DNA of 64,000 nt from Octopus bimaculoides (taxonomy: Eukaryota), in assembly GCF_001194135.2 (NCBI RefSeq), contig NC_068984.1, positions 13,002,171 through 13,066,170 on the forward strand, read 5' to 3'. A program made the position numbers and the translations under genes. Shown one piece after another: positions 52,256 to 64,000 of the stretch. Position 1 is the first letter of the stretch. Every line of letters begins with the position of its first letter. The notes beneath the pieces are model-generated. The model was not told the origin of the DNA and did no database searches. It worked only from the letters and a program-made list of their open reading frames with translations.

Positions 52256-52792
52256 TAATATGTAAAATATTAAGGCAATTGACAAAAAATATCTAAAATA
52301 AAATTCTAATTGATAAATATAAAATTTTATCAAAATAAAACACGCAGGTGAAGTAAATCTCGTGGTGTGAAGAATCAACACAACAGGCAGGTGAAGTGAA
52401 ACACAACACAACGTGTGGTTGTCATGGTAACAAGCTGTTAATGCCTTGCTGTCTGTTGATTGGCTAAAATTACTGAAATTTTCCTAGCTTTAATTCCAAA
52501 TAATATCAGATTCTTTAATTTACGAGATAAAGTAATTGATTGATCTTAATGAAAATTCAGAGTTGCATCGATACACCAAAATTGAAAGCAATCTGACCAA
52601 AATTAAAATTAAATTTGCGAATCAATTTAACTAGATCCGAAATTACAGCATGGCATCTATAACATGAAACACCCGTAAAATATTAACAAATTTCCCATTG
52701 TCTTATATGAAGAATAATAAGGGACTTCTTAATTAACCAAATGAATAATAGAAGAAATAGAGCCGGATGAGTCTTCGATTAATCCTCTATAT

Positions 52793-53057
52793 CACTGCTT
52801 CGCAAAGTGGGCGGTATTGCACCCCCTGGGGGCGGTGGTAAGTTCCAAGGGGACGTTGAAGGAAAACAGAGTGGCGATTTATGTAAAAACAACAAAATAA
52901 TGGTTTCATTAGTTTAGATTTTATTTGTGAAATACTGCTGTTTTGAGTCGGCTTCAGAAAGAGGTCTATGTTTGTGATGGTTAGTTGGGATAGGAACACT
53001 AGGAATGTGGCCTCGGTGTCTAGGGGGCGGCAGCCCGAAAATGCGTGGGAACCACTG
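52793..53057. mobile_element. hAT (Charlie-type) MITE-like element
   Basis: Starts cactgcttcgcaaagtg and ends gtgggaaccactg (cagtggttccca-type TIR); the 8-bp flanks ctctatat and acttatat match in part. Confidence 0.55.
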
Positions 53058-53349
53058 ACTTATATGGTTACGTCGACTAGAAACAATAGACGGATTCTTT
53101 CGCCTTACACTTAAATGTCTTTAAGTATAGAAGGAGATCTTGGTTAATGTGATTCGACATACACTTTATCTGAAAAACAAAAGAAAATAAAAACAAAGCA
53201 AAATCTAAATAAAAACCCAGAATGGTCACGGATGAGTCCCCTCTCCGTATAGGTACACTCGATCATCACTAACCTGCGTTGTAAACAACTATAACATATG
53301 GCATTTGTCAACTTGATAATCTTATTCAATGTATCAAATTCATTTCTTA

Positions 53350-53940
53350 CTTGTCAGATGCCCTGAACAATCTTTGTGTTACTGAGGAATTTCAACCATG
53401 TTTCGTGGTCTGCTACCACAACAGCTCCTTTATAGGATCCAGTTAGCTCAAGAAATCATCAGGAGGAACCACGTCCGGTTTCGGCCCCTACTCCTCTACC
53501 GTTTTGACGTGGCGGGCCCCCCACCTTTCGGAGGTGTCTTCAGCTCTGGTGTTGGGTGCATGTCTTCTTTCTTCTATTTCCTGGCCTCTTCGATGTAGCA
53601 TCAACGAGTGTCAGCGTCCGACTGATAACTTGCTGCGTTATTTGATTTCGGCCACTTAATCCTTGTCTTCTTCACGCCTATCACTGTTTGTGACTGTTCT
53701 ATTTCAACTGTGGAATGTCCCTCGCTATGGTTATTTTCCAGGAGGTTCTGGCCACACGTCTTACGGTTCATCAACCCGCGTTGTTGAATTACTTTCTTCT
53801 GACATACCTTCCCTTGGTGGATTCTGAGCCCGATGTAACTAGCAAACACCTTTCCGCAGCAGCTGACGTTTTCGTTGCAATTTTACCCCGGATCGGGCTG
53901 CAAGCCCATTGATCCTTCGTTAAGCTAATGCGTAACGAAG
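53350..53940 (-). mobile_element. Hero-like RLE retrotransposon 5' ORF remnant joined to a UTR-like segment
   Basis: Minus strand VSCCGKVFASYIGLRIHQGKVC (53800-53865), NHS, RIKWPKSN (~53650) resemble the CxCGK...GLxIHQ...C and RIxWP motifs I recall from Hero N-termini; no RT follows. Confidence 0.5.
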
Positions 53941-53997
53941 TTGCAAGATATGAAATATATAACATTTTCATAGCTGAAAAATGTGTCAATATTAAGT

Positions 53998-54150
53998 TAT
54001 AAATTAAGTACCAGTTACGCACTGGGTCGATATAATCGACTTAATCCCTTTGTCTGTCCTTGTTTGTCATTATACAGAACGTAGCGGCAGACGAAATACC
54101 GCTAAACATTTTGCTCAGTTTGCTAGGGATTCTGCCAGCTCGCCGCCTTA
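53998..54150. mobile_element. Rearranged SINE family B: 3' part on + (53998-54069) fused to 5' part on - (54075-54150)
   Basis: aaattaagtaccagttacgcactgggtcga...tgtttgtca, then cagaacgtagcggcagacgaaatacc...ctgccagctcgccgcctt. Confidence 0.85.
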
Positions 54151-54164
54151 CAGAAAACACAATA

Positions 54165-54379
54165 ATCTTTTCTACTCTAGGCACAAGGCCCAACATTTTT
54201 GGGGAGGGCCTAGTTGATTAAATCTACCTCCGTACACAACTGGTACTTAATTTATCGACCCCGAAAGGATGAAAGTCAAAGTCGACCAGGGCGGAATTTG
54301 AACTCAGAACCTAGCGGCAGACGAAATACCGCTAAGCGTTCGCCCGGTGTGCTAACGATTCTGCCAGCTCGCCGCCTTA
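54165..54379 (-). mobile_element. SINE family B (tail type II)
   Basis: ttctactctaggcacaaggcc...gattctgccagctcgccgcctt. Confidence 0.9.
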
Positions 54380-54860
54380 CACCAAGGACAATAATTATTA
54401 ATAAATTGACGGGACATTGTAAGGGTTTTATAATAATTAGTTCATTTTCCCCAATACAATGTAATTATTTGGAGGCTGTACAAATTATTTTCCGTTCACT
54501 ATCCACCCAGATATCGTTTTCTATTATCTTTGCCAACGCCATTCTATGCCTGCGAAGTAATACAAGAAAAGAATTTGGACAGAGACCAAAAGAACTCAGA
54601 ATCGAGTCGAATGGAAGATTCGATAACAAATAAGTCTTCAGAAACCACGATTTATTTTTCTGAAAAAAGTTACTGTTAACAGAAATCCATCAGGGTTGTA
54701 AGGTCAAATTAAATTTCAATTAATTTTGTTCTGTGGCACTTCTACACGGGACTGGCATTCTGTAAGTATAATACATTAGACAGGCAAACAGACACGCTCA
54801 CACACACATACACACACATATACACACACTTGAACGCACGCACGCACACCCACGCAGACA

Positions 54861-54903
<43 letters not shown>

Positions 54904-54945
54904 ACACAGATACACATACATTTCTACATGCGTTTAATTATGCAT

Positions 54946-55004
<59 letters not shown>

Positions 55005-55095
55005 TAGCACATCTAACCTGCTACTTTAGATATATTTATTAGAACGTCTGAAGCTACTCTAAACGTCCAGAGATACCATCTTTTGTTGAAAATAC

Positions 55096-55206
55096 CTGGT
55101 AATTAAGCACGGAGTATTTCGGCTGACGAAATGATTGTCTGCATCAGTGGACGACACTATTGTGTCACGTGATTTCACCGTGCGCAGATCATCATCGAAA
55201 ACCAGC
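55096..55206 (-). CDS. Candidate isolated 111-nt internal coding exon of an unknown gene (low confidence)
   Basis: Acceptor ctttgttctggcatttggtttcag|, donor ccag|gtattt, symmetric phase 2, exactly one open frame: RLVFDDDLRTVKSRDTIVSSTDADNHFVSRNTPCLITR. No homology recognised. Confidence 0.3.
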
Positions 55207-55367
55207 CTGAAACCAAATGCCAGAACAAAGATCAGCCGAACCAATATAATTTATTAATAGCCAAACCACCAATGATGTCGCGAAACTCAAAGCAGAAATT
55301 CTCCTTTTATCGTTTATACATTTGGGAATCCATTAATATACACAGTATTGATGCAAAAGTTTTAAGA

Positions 55368-55525
55368 CAAGGCGGTAAGAAATTTGCTTCTCAACTGCAT
55401 GGTTCCAGGTTCATTCCCACTGCAGGGCACCTTGAACAAGTGTCTTCCAGTATAGCCTCGGTCCAACAAAGTAGTTGTGAGTGGATCTCGTAGATGACAA
55501 CTGAAAGAATCCCGTCATATATATG
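55368..55525 (+). mobile_element. SINE family A left arm, split from its right arm at 56403 by a LINE insertion
   Basis: ggtaagaaatttgcttctcaactgcatggttccaggttcattcccactgcagggcaccttgaacaagtg...ctgaaagaatcccgtcatata. Confidence 0.8.
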
Positions 55526-55529
55526 AATG

Positions 55530-56290
55530 TCGCTTCTATTTTTTAATTGTTATAAATCTTCCACTGAGGAGGGAACCGGTTTCCAACAAAGATGTAGTTA
55601 ACACAGACAAATTCACATTTGGAACTTGAGAAAAGTCTTGCAATTTTTACTATTCCACTCACAGATTGAACATGTAATGTACGAATGAGCCGGTCGATTT
55701 CTCTTTCTGAAAATCCCAGTTTATCTAGATTCTCCTTTAAGCATTTACCAACAAAACCTAGTGCTCCAATTATTATTGGTATGAATATGAATTCATAGTT
55801 TGAGTATAGAAGCTGTAGGTTTCGAAGCAGTCCTTCATAGATATCCTCTTTCTCTTTGATTTTCCAAGAGATATTTATATCTGCAGGGCAGCTGACCTCT
55901 ATGATGGTACATACGTTTGCCTCTCTGTCCCAAACAGTAACATTCGGTCTGTTATGTTTACATATGACAGAAGTTTGTAGAGAATATTCCAAGAGTATTC
56001 CTGCAGTTGGTGTTTATGTATGTATTCCATAACTGAAGGATTTTCTAAGTTTATTTCAAGACAGTCTTTTTTGCAGATGGCATTGTAAATTGTTTTAGCA
56101 ACAACATCGGGCCGCATAGGGAGGTAGTACCGTGACGACATTTTAAGACAGCTGCTAATCACATGCGTGATGTCTTCCACAGAAACATGACATAACCTGC
56201 ATATGCGGTTGCGCCTTGAGATTACAAGAGCGTTACTGTCTCTCTTATTCACTAGGCACTTTGTGACAAACTCCTGTTTCTGCATTGTAA
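55530..56290 (-). mobile_element. 5'-truncated R4-like RLE LINE (CCHC + RLE), a different family from the 33.6 kb copy
   Basis: [10 protein letters not shown]; CRLCHVSVEDITHVISSC; MR(P)DVVAK; HNRPNV...IIEVSCPAD; IPIIIGALG. Confidence 0.85.
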
Positions 56291-56355
56291 TGTATGTATG
56301 TAAGGTATGTCTCTATATACATACACGTATACATACATATATACGTATATAGACA

Positions 56356-56402
<47 letters not shown>

Positions 56403-56406
<4 letters not shown>

Positions 56407-56595
56407 CACTTGGTGTGCTTACACTCCTGTAACATGGCGGTTTGAAAGAAGAGTTCGATAAAATAAGTACCTGGCTTAACAAAAAATAAATCCTGGGATC
56501 GATTTATTCGACTAAAATAAATTGTTCAAGGCGATGTCACAGCATGTGCCGTAGTCTAATGACTGAAATAAGTCAAAGATATAAGATAAAAGACA
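56403..56595 (+). mobile_element. SINE family A right arm, diverged
   Basis: ggtgtgcttacactcctgtaac...gataaaataagtacc...ctgggatcgatttattcgactaa...aatgactgaaataag. Confidence 0.75.
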
Positions 56596-56685
56596 AAAGA
56601 TGGAATGAACAGACTTGAATACAAATCACTACATCTGTGCTTGTAAACCCAGTCATCTGAAAACGAGCAAAAGGTCATATTCACT

Positions 56686-56896
56686 TCTACTCTAAGCACA
56701 TCGCCCGAAATTTTTGGGGAGGGGCCCAGTCGATTATATTGACCCCTATACGCAACTGGTACTAAATTTATCAACACCGAAATGATGAAAGGCATAGTCG
56801 ACCTCGGTGGAATTTGAACTCAGAACGTAGCGACAGACGAAATACCGATAAGCATTTCGCCCGGCCTGCTAACGTTTCTGCCAGCTCGCGGCCTCA
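56686..56896 (-). mobile_element. SINE family B (tail type II)
   Basis: Candidate TSD aag(g/a)tcatatt at 56671-56681 and 56900-56910. Confidence 0.88.
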
Positions 56897-58874
56897 TGTA
56901 AGATCATATTAATACAATAATGTGTATATGAGATGTGAAACAGTCGGTAATTGTCAGCTGATACTAAAGCACACAAATAATTATTGTGATTTGTAATAAT
57001 ATTACCTTTTCTGTATAACGACTTTTAAATAGATCCTTGGTGCTTGGAATTCAATTCAGTAGCTGTCAACTGATGATCGCAAGGATTTCTACGCGTACCA
57101 GCGGTATCATCACGCTTTCTATTGATGCGGAGTAACCAGAGAACAACCAAGTACTTCTTGATACACTGTAACATGCATGTTCCTTATGCTTCTGTTTATG
57201 TGTACATACCAGTGCTTTCCAGTCGGTGTGTCACGACACAGCCAGAGTTGGCATAGTCAATGGCTTGGTGTTCTGCGTGGTTTTTATGTTTACGTAACAC
57301 TATCGATGGACAATGTCAATATCAATCTCACACAGCTTAAGGATATGGCAATGAGGTAATAGGTCCGAGAAACTTTGGTAAACACCTGCTGAGCGTACGT
57401 GCATTCTTCTATACACACACACACGCATCCATATCCACACATATGTATACATGCATGGCATCATAAAGAAGAATAGAGACCTATACATGTTCAAAACTTG
57501 TTTATTACACTATTTGCATGGAATTCAATGTGAATTTAACAGCGATAAGAGAGTAATAAACAAATCGCGAAGATGCATAAATTCTCCATTCTAATTTACG
57601 ATGTTTTTATTATAGACAGGGTATCCTGTATAAAATTCTTTAAGTAATATATGTATATATATATATATATNNNNNNNNNNNNNNNNNNNNNNNNNNNNNN
57701 NNNNNNNNNNNNNNNNNNNNNNNNNNNNNNNNNNNNNNNNNNNNNNNNNNNNNNNNNNNNNNNNNNNNNNNNNNNNNNNNNNNNNNNNNNNNNNNNNNNN
57801 NNNNNNNNNNNNNNNNNNNNNNNNNNNNNNNNNNNNNNNNNNNNNNNNNNNNNNNNNNNNNNNNNNNNNNNNNNNNNNNNNNNNNNNNNNNNNNNNNNNN
57901 NNNNNNNNNNNNNNNNNNNNNNNNNNNNNNNNNNNNNNNNNNNNNNNNNNNNNNNNNNNNNNNNNNNNNNNNNNNNNNNNNNNNNNNNNNNNNNNNNNNN
58001 NNNNNNNNNNNNNNNNNNNNNNNNNNNNNNNNNNNNNNNNNNNNNNNNNNNNNNNNNNNNNNNNNNNNNNNNNNNNNNNNNNNNNNNNNNNNNNNNNNNN
58101 NNNNNNNNNNNNNNNNNNNNNNNNNNNNNNNNNNNNNNNNNNNNNNNNNNNNNNNNNNNNNNNNNNNNNNNNNNNNNNNNNNNNNNNNNNNNNNNNNNNN
58201 NNNNNNNNNNNNNNNNNNNNNNNNNNNNNNNNNNNNNNNNNNNNNNNNNNNNNNNNNNNNNNNNNNNNNNNNNNNNNNNNNNNNNNNNNNNNNNNNNNNN
58301 NNNNNNNNNNNNNNNNNNNNNNNNNNNNNNNNNNNNNNNNNNNNNNNNNNNNNNNNNNNNNNNNNNNNNNNNNNNNNNNNNNTATATATATATATATGGG
58401 GTAAAAATGCATCGGGATTAGTTTAAAACTTTTACTTTTAAACTTTTAAAGATTTAACCGGTTTCACAGATTTTTGTAACTTTCAAAAGTCGTGATAGAG
58501 AGAGGCGAAGCTATACTGCAATATTCTGCTTCTGATTGAAATTACCAAATAATCTTGTTTATATAGAGAGACCAAGCACGGATAAAGAAAGAAAATATAT
58601 TCATAAAAAATTCAAATTAAAACTGAATATATTTTAACAAGCTACATTCACGGAAAACTATTCACGCATAAACTCATTCTACTGCTTGTCATGTTGAATT
58701 GATATATCGAACAACCTAAACTTTGCTAACTGGCAGAATCTACGCGTACGTAAGTGTTGAATGATTAGAAAAATGACATTCAATAGCTAAATTTGATGCC
58801 TGTATAACATAGACACAAGCCGTAACTATTCAACCATTAGGCTACATAGAAACAAATGCTGTCCACTCTATCAC

Positions 58875-59235
58875 TCGTCAGATTAAATTTAGAGAACATT
58901 ATTTTGGGATTGTCACTAGACATGTTCATTCAACTGTGTCAGCCTTGATTTTCGGTGCAAAAAATATAGTCACATGGTATTAACGCACGGACGAAGTGGG
59001 GAACCTACAAAAATTTCTAAGATTTTTACTGATCACGAGATCTTCCTCTGCTACATTTGACAGATAAAATTCCGACAGCGTTGGTTTCTCAGGATTGTTA
59101 CTGGACATGTTCACTCAACCGTGACAGCTTTAACCATCGGCGACAAAGATATCGTCACATGACACTAAAGTACGGATGTAGAGGAATATTTACAAAAATT
59201 TCTAGGCCTGATCATGTGATGTTCCCTCGACCAAT
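58875..59235. repeat. Two diverged tandem copies of a ~185-bp unit
   Basis: gattgtcactagacatgttcattcaac (58908) vs gattgttactggacatgttcactcaac (59093); both continue to tacaaaaatttcta...ctgatca. Confidence 0.85.
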
Positions 59236-62016
59236 CAAAACGTATCCAAAATTGATACTAATTTGAGCCATGTTCTCTCTATACATAGAAAAAAAACAAA
59301 ACAATTTATGAATTCCAATCCGAAGCAACACAGTTGCAGCATAGCTACACGTCTTTCTGTCTCAAGTTTTGAAACTCAGAGAAATCTATGAAACCGGTTA
59401 AGTTTTTACAAATTTAAAAATAGGAAATCTAAACGAATCCCAATGCATTTTCAACTGGCTTTTTCAATAGTTCTCTCTCATTCTGTTTGTCTGTTTCTGT
59501 CTTTCTGTCTGTCTGTCTGTCTGTCTGTCTCTGTCTCTCTCTCTATGTATATANNNNNNNNNNNNNNNNNNNNNNNNNNNNNNNNNNNNNNNNNNNNNNN
59601 NNNNNNNNNNNNNNNNNNNNNNNNNNNNNNNNNNNNNNNNNNNNNNNNNNNNNNNNNNNNNNNNNNNNNNNNNNNNNNNNNNNNNNNNNNNNNNNNNNNN
59701 NNNNNNNNNNNNNNNNNNNNNNNNNNNNNNNNNNNNNNNNNNNNNNNNNNNNNNNNNNNNNNNNNNNNNATATATATATATATATAATCGTATAAATTTA
59801 AAGACGTAGAGATTGTAATGAAAAGTTAATACTGATGTAAATATGAATGGGTTGCATCAATCTTAAATCTACTCATTTGGCCATCAATTCATTTCAATGA
59901 GACAATTGCTGGAAAGATGAATAGTGGGCGTATTACTCAAAAGATAAGACCAAAATAATTATTTTACGTATGGAATTAAATAATAATTTAGCTCTAGGGG
60001 AATCTACTTGCAGATTACAGGGTAAGCTGCACCAGGCTATGTTTACTTTCCAATGACGCTTGTTGCTTCCAAAATATTGTATATCCCAGATATAATTGAT
60101 TGTCCTTTGCTTTAAACGTCTTCTCGGAAAACGTAATTGCATGTGTGAATAATATCACTGAATATGTTTTGTTTGAAAGACAACGTTGAAAGCTTCCTTG
60201 AGGTGTTTTCATCATGATCTTTATAATATTCTCACCGTCATCTTGACAATATTTCTCCGACGCTCACAAGAAATATTGGTGTGTCTACCTCATATAAACT
60301 GTACACAATTTTTCTTAGTCCACAATCAAAATTCTGACCAAACGATTATGTTCGAAAACAATTATTCGAAAAACATTTACCCGAATGGAAAATTGTATGA
60401 ATGAAACTTATTTATAAAGACAATTATACGAAGTGTTAATTATTCTTATTTTTAAAAATTTATATAAACAAAAATGATAAAATTAAAAATCAAGTACACA
60501 ATGATGTTTATTTCGAATAATTGTTTAAGAACAATTTTCATTCCACGGACCAAACTATCAACTTCTGATATACAGATGTATGTTGGATCTCTTCCATTTT
60601 CCCCCCAGTTCGGTACATTGCACAAAATCTCTAGCGACCAACGCCCTTCTTCAAATTTTTCTTTCCTTTTTTTCTTCTCTCTTCCTTCTGCCGATCCTTT
60701 CCTTCTAGCATGCACCTTAATTCATCAACTGCATTATCATTCTTTTTATTTTCCCCACAACGTTTTCCCATTCTAATATTTTTGATGCAGGTTTTTGCAT
60801 CCAAAGCTTCGAGTCTCTTTCCTTTCTTTCCAAGCCATTACACACCTCGGAATTACTCAGAGAGGGTGGGGACTGCTTCGGAAACCTGGACGCCCTATGC
60901 CAAATATATTAATTGGTGGTGCTCCATTATGGTCGCAGCCACTATCCGAGAACAAAGGAAGGTAAAAGGATATATACACACTCACAGAGAAACAAATACA
61001 CACAATGTAAAAGTTTGATGGAGTTTACTATTTGTTTAACCCCGCCTAATTAACGAAGCAACACACCTTATATACATGTGCATATATGTATGTATATATA
61101 TATATATATNNNNNNNNNNNNNNNNNNNNNNNNNNNNNNNNNNNNNNNNNNNNNNNNNNNNNNNNNNNNNNNNNNNNNNNNNNNNNNNNNNNNNNNNNNN
61201 NNNNNNNNNNNNNNNNNNNNNNNNNNNNNNNNNNNNNNNNNNNNNNNNNNNNNNNNNNNNNNNNNNNNNNNNNNNNNNNNNNNNNNNNNNNNNNNNNNNN
61301 NNNNNNNNNNNNNNNNNNTATATATTAATATGTGTGTATGTATTTGTGTGTGTAGATAGATAGACCGTTTGATAGAATGATATTCTTTAACACTTTAAAA
61401 AGCACTCTTGAAATTATTCGTCTATTCAAAGTTGGAGCTGTGCCTAAAATTGTAAGCCGAGAAAACGCAGACGTAATCTCGTGGCGAGCAAATTTCACGA
61501 CCTGGTTTAGAAATTCCATCGTATCCCTTCGCTCTTACTCTACAACCGCTGTCAGTTTTCATACTTATATATGAAACAGTTATCGAGAATTAATGAGCAC
61601 GAAGATGAATCGTGGTAATGTAAGCTCTGGCGGACGAAATTAGTGAATTGTTTACGTCTTTCGAGATGTATCGAATTCGCTATCTCACTATTCATCTGTA
61701 GCTTGACATTTCGACTAATAGTTGATAGTAGATATAGAATTTAATTAAATACGTTGGTGCCAAAAACTGAAGCGGCATAATATTTATTTATTTCTCTTGG
61801 AGAAAGATAGAATATAAAACAGTTTAATCAGAACCAGAAATGTTCTTATCATTGGGAACTAAAAACTACAAACATGATTATTTATATGCATGCATACACA
61901 CAGACACACACACAGACACACACGCTCAAACGTACACACAATATACATACATATTTATAGGTATACATACTTATCTATATATACATATATACACATATAC
62001 ATATATGCATACATAA

Positions 62017-62090
<74 letters not shown>

Positions 62091-63932
62091 GCACATATAT
62101 ATATATATATAAGTGAACAGGCCAGTATTATCAAAAGAAAGAAATATATCAACGCAAGGTCTGAACGAAGAGAAAACAACAGCTTATTAGCAACACGAAG
62201 GTGCCCGGACACGTTTTTGTCCGGGGCCCCATCTCCGGCCGATCAAGCTACACTTTATGAAGCGATCATTAAGATGCAAGTTGCATCACTACCGATGCAC
62301 ATTATATGATGATCAATCAACGCACAAAGGTGTTAGCATGCAGTTCGTTGACAGTAGCTCTCTTTGTTTCGTTTATCGTTCGTGGTTAGTCATAAAATCT
62401 TGCTCTAATTCAAAACCAATGTCCGTCCAGCGAAAGGATACGTTGCATTTTAAGGTCTGACGTATTTTCCTTGTCACTTTTAAATGACACTAATAGATAA
62501 GCACTCGAGGACAAAACCACAAACAATGATGAACAATCGTTTTATCATAATTTACCCTGTCGCTTGATATCCGATGTTATAGTTTCGATTTTCTCTCACC
62601 TTCTAAATCACACACGCACACACTCACACACACAAACAGATGTATGTATGTGAATATATATATGTCTATATGGATATATATTTATATACACATGTATAAT
62701 TGTGTATATATATACATACATATATATATATATATATGTATGTATATATATTTACATGAAAATATATATGTGCCTATGTATATGTTTATATATATATATA
62801 TATGTATATATAGTGTATATATATGTATTGTATATATATNNNNNNNNNNNNNNNNNNNNNNNNNNNNNNNNNNNNNNNNNNNNNNNNNNNNNNNNNNNNN
62901 NNNNNNNNNNNNNNNNNNNNNNNNNNNNNNNNNNNNNNNNNNNNNNNNNNNNNNNNNNNNNNNNNNNNNNNNNNNNNNNNNNNNNNNNNNNNNNNNNNNN
63001 NNNNNNNNNNNNNNNNNNNNNNNNNNNNNNNNNNNNNNNNNNNNNNNNNNNNNNNNNNNNNNNNNNNNNNNNNNNNNNNNNNNNNNNNNNNNNNNNNNNN
63101 NNNNNNNNNNNNNNNNNNNNNNNNNNNNNNNNNNNNNNNNNNNNNNNNNNNNNNNNNNNNNNNNNNNNNNNNNNNNNNNNNNNNNNNNNNNNNNNNNNNN
63201 NNNNNNNNNNNNNNNNNNNNNNNNNNNNNNNNNNNNNNNNNNNNNNNNNNNNNNNNNNNNNNNNNNNNNNNNNNNNNNNNNNNNNNNNNNNNNNNNNNNN
63301 NNNNNNNNNNNNNNNNNNNNNNNNNNNNNNNNNNNNNNNNNNNNNNNNNNNNNNNNNNNNNNNNNNNNNNNNNNNNNNNNNNNNNNNNNNNNNNNNNNNN
63401 NNNNNNNNNNNNNNNNNNNNNNNNNNNNNNNNNNNNNACATGTATAATTGTGTATATATATACATACATACATATGCTTATATACTGTAGAGAGAAGAGG
63501 AGAGAAAGTATGTGTGTATGAGTAACTGAAAGAGAAGGGGTGAGAGAGTGAGAAAGAGAAGAGAAAGAAGCATACAAGGAAAGACAGAGGGAGAGAGGGC
63601 GAGAGAGAGATAGAGAGAAAGAGAGAGAGATTTGATCACATATCCAGCCAATTCTCATATACACGAGCGCCTATATAAAAGCTTCGGACAGTCATTCGAT
63701 CTGATATAACTGCAAATCACATTTCAATCAACCCTATAATAGTAACAATGGAAGGGTATACTTGTTTGGTGTATTCTTCCAGACATACCCGAAACAAATG
63801 TATGGAATAGAAATAGTTAAGAGGTATTCAATCTTTGTAGGCCCCAAAAAGGGCTACGTATCAACAATACTAGAGAATACATATATACAAACATGCACTT
63901 GATTACAAACACACATACATATATACATACAT

Positions 63933-64000
<68 letters not shown>

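Noticed and set aside
53380-53545. Hammerhead-ribozyme-like words on the minus strand (CTGAAGA, CTGATGA, GAAAC)
   Set aside because: No pairing of these cores gives a valid stem II closing next to GAAA together with stems I and III; at best degenerate.
57190-57360. Splice-like sites on both strands (ATGAG|GTAATA on +, CTG|GTATGT on -)
   Set aside because: Stops interrupt most frames, acceptors are ambiguous, and no peptide is recognisable.
58975-59165. TGG/TGA pair in the 185-bp duplication suggesting a TGA=Trp (mitochondrial-type) code
   Set aside because: A shared TAA follows two codons later and there is no similarity to mitochondrial genes that I recognise.
59940-60140. VNIAWCSLP on the minus strand, resembling the CR1 3' WNxLP motif
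   Set aside because: A single short motif; too weak to call.
61420-61460. LFKVGAVPKI resembling the THAP-domain AVPTIF motif
   Set aside because: No upstream C2CH residues.

Overview
AT-rich, microsatellite-dense eukaryotic DNA with many N gaps. Most likely a draft octopus (coleoid cephalopod) assembly; this is inferred from the SINE families and repeat style and was not database-checked. I found no confidently identifiable intact host gene, no rRNA and no CRISPR array, and almost all ORF-track entries are translated microsatellites or gaps. The window is a layered retroelement graveyard. It holds four tRNA-derived SINE families (labelled A-D here, about 30 copies or fragments, several with clear target-site duplications, TSDs). 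It also holds decayed coding remnants that are mostly invisible in the ORF track: a Penelope-like RT (5.0-6.4 kb), a CR1/L2-type RT tail (19.1-19.3 kb), three R4/Dong-like RLE LINEs (33.6-35.2, 46.4-48.5, 55.5-56.3 kb), a CRE-like RT (37.2-38.3 kb) and a Hero-like N-terminus (53.6-53.9 kb). Most notable: (1) a ~1.4 kb ORF1-only CCHC zinc-knuckle element lacking any RT, sitting inside the B-box region of a SINE; (2) a bipartite SINE whose two arms are joined by a hypervariable microsatellite; (3) a B+C SINE chimera bracketed by one TSD; (4) an in-frame internally deleted R4-like element; (5) a 185-bp diverged duplication with third-codon-position bias. All clade assignments rest on motifs I translated by eye and recalled family consensus.
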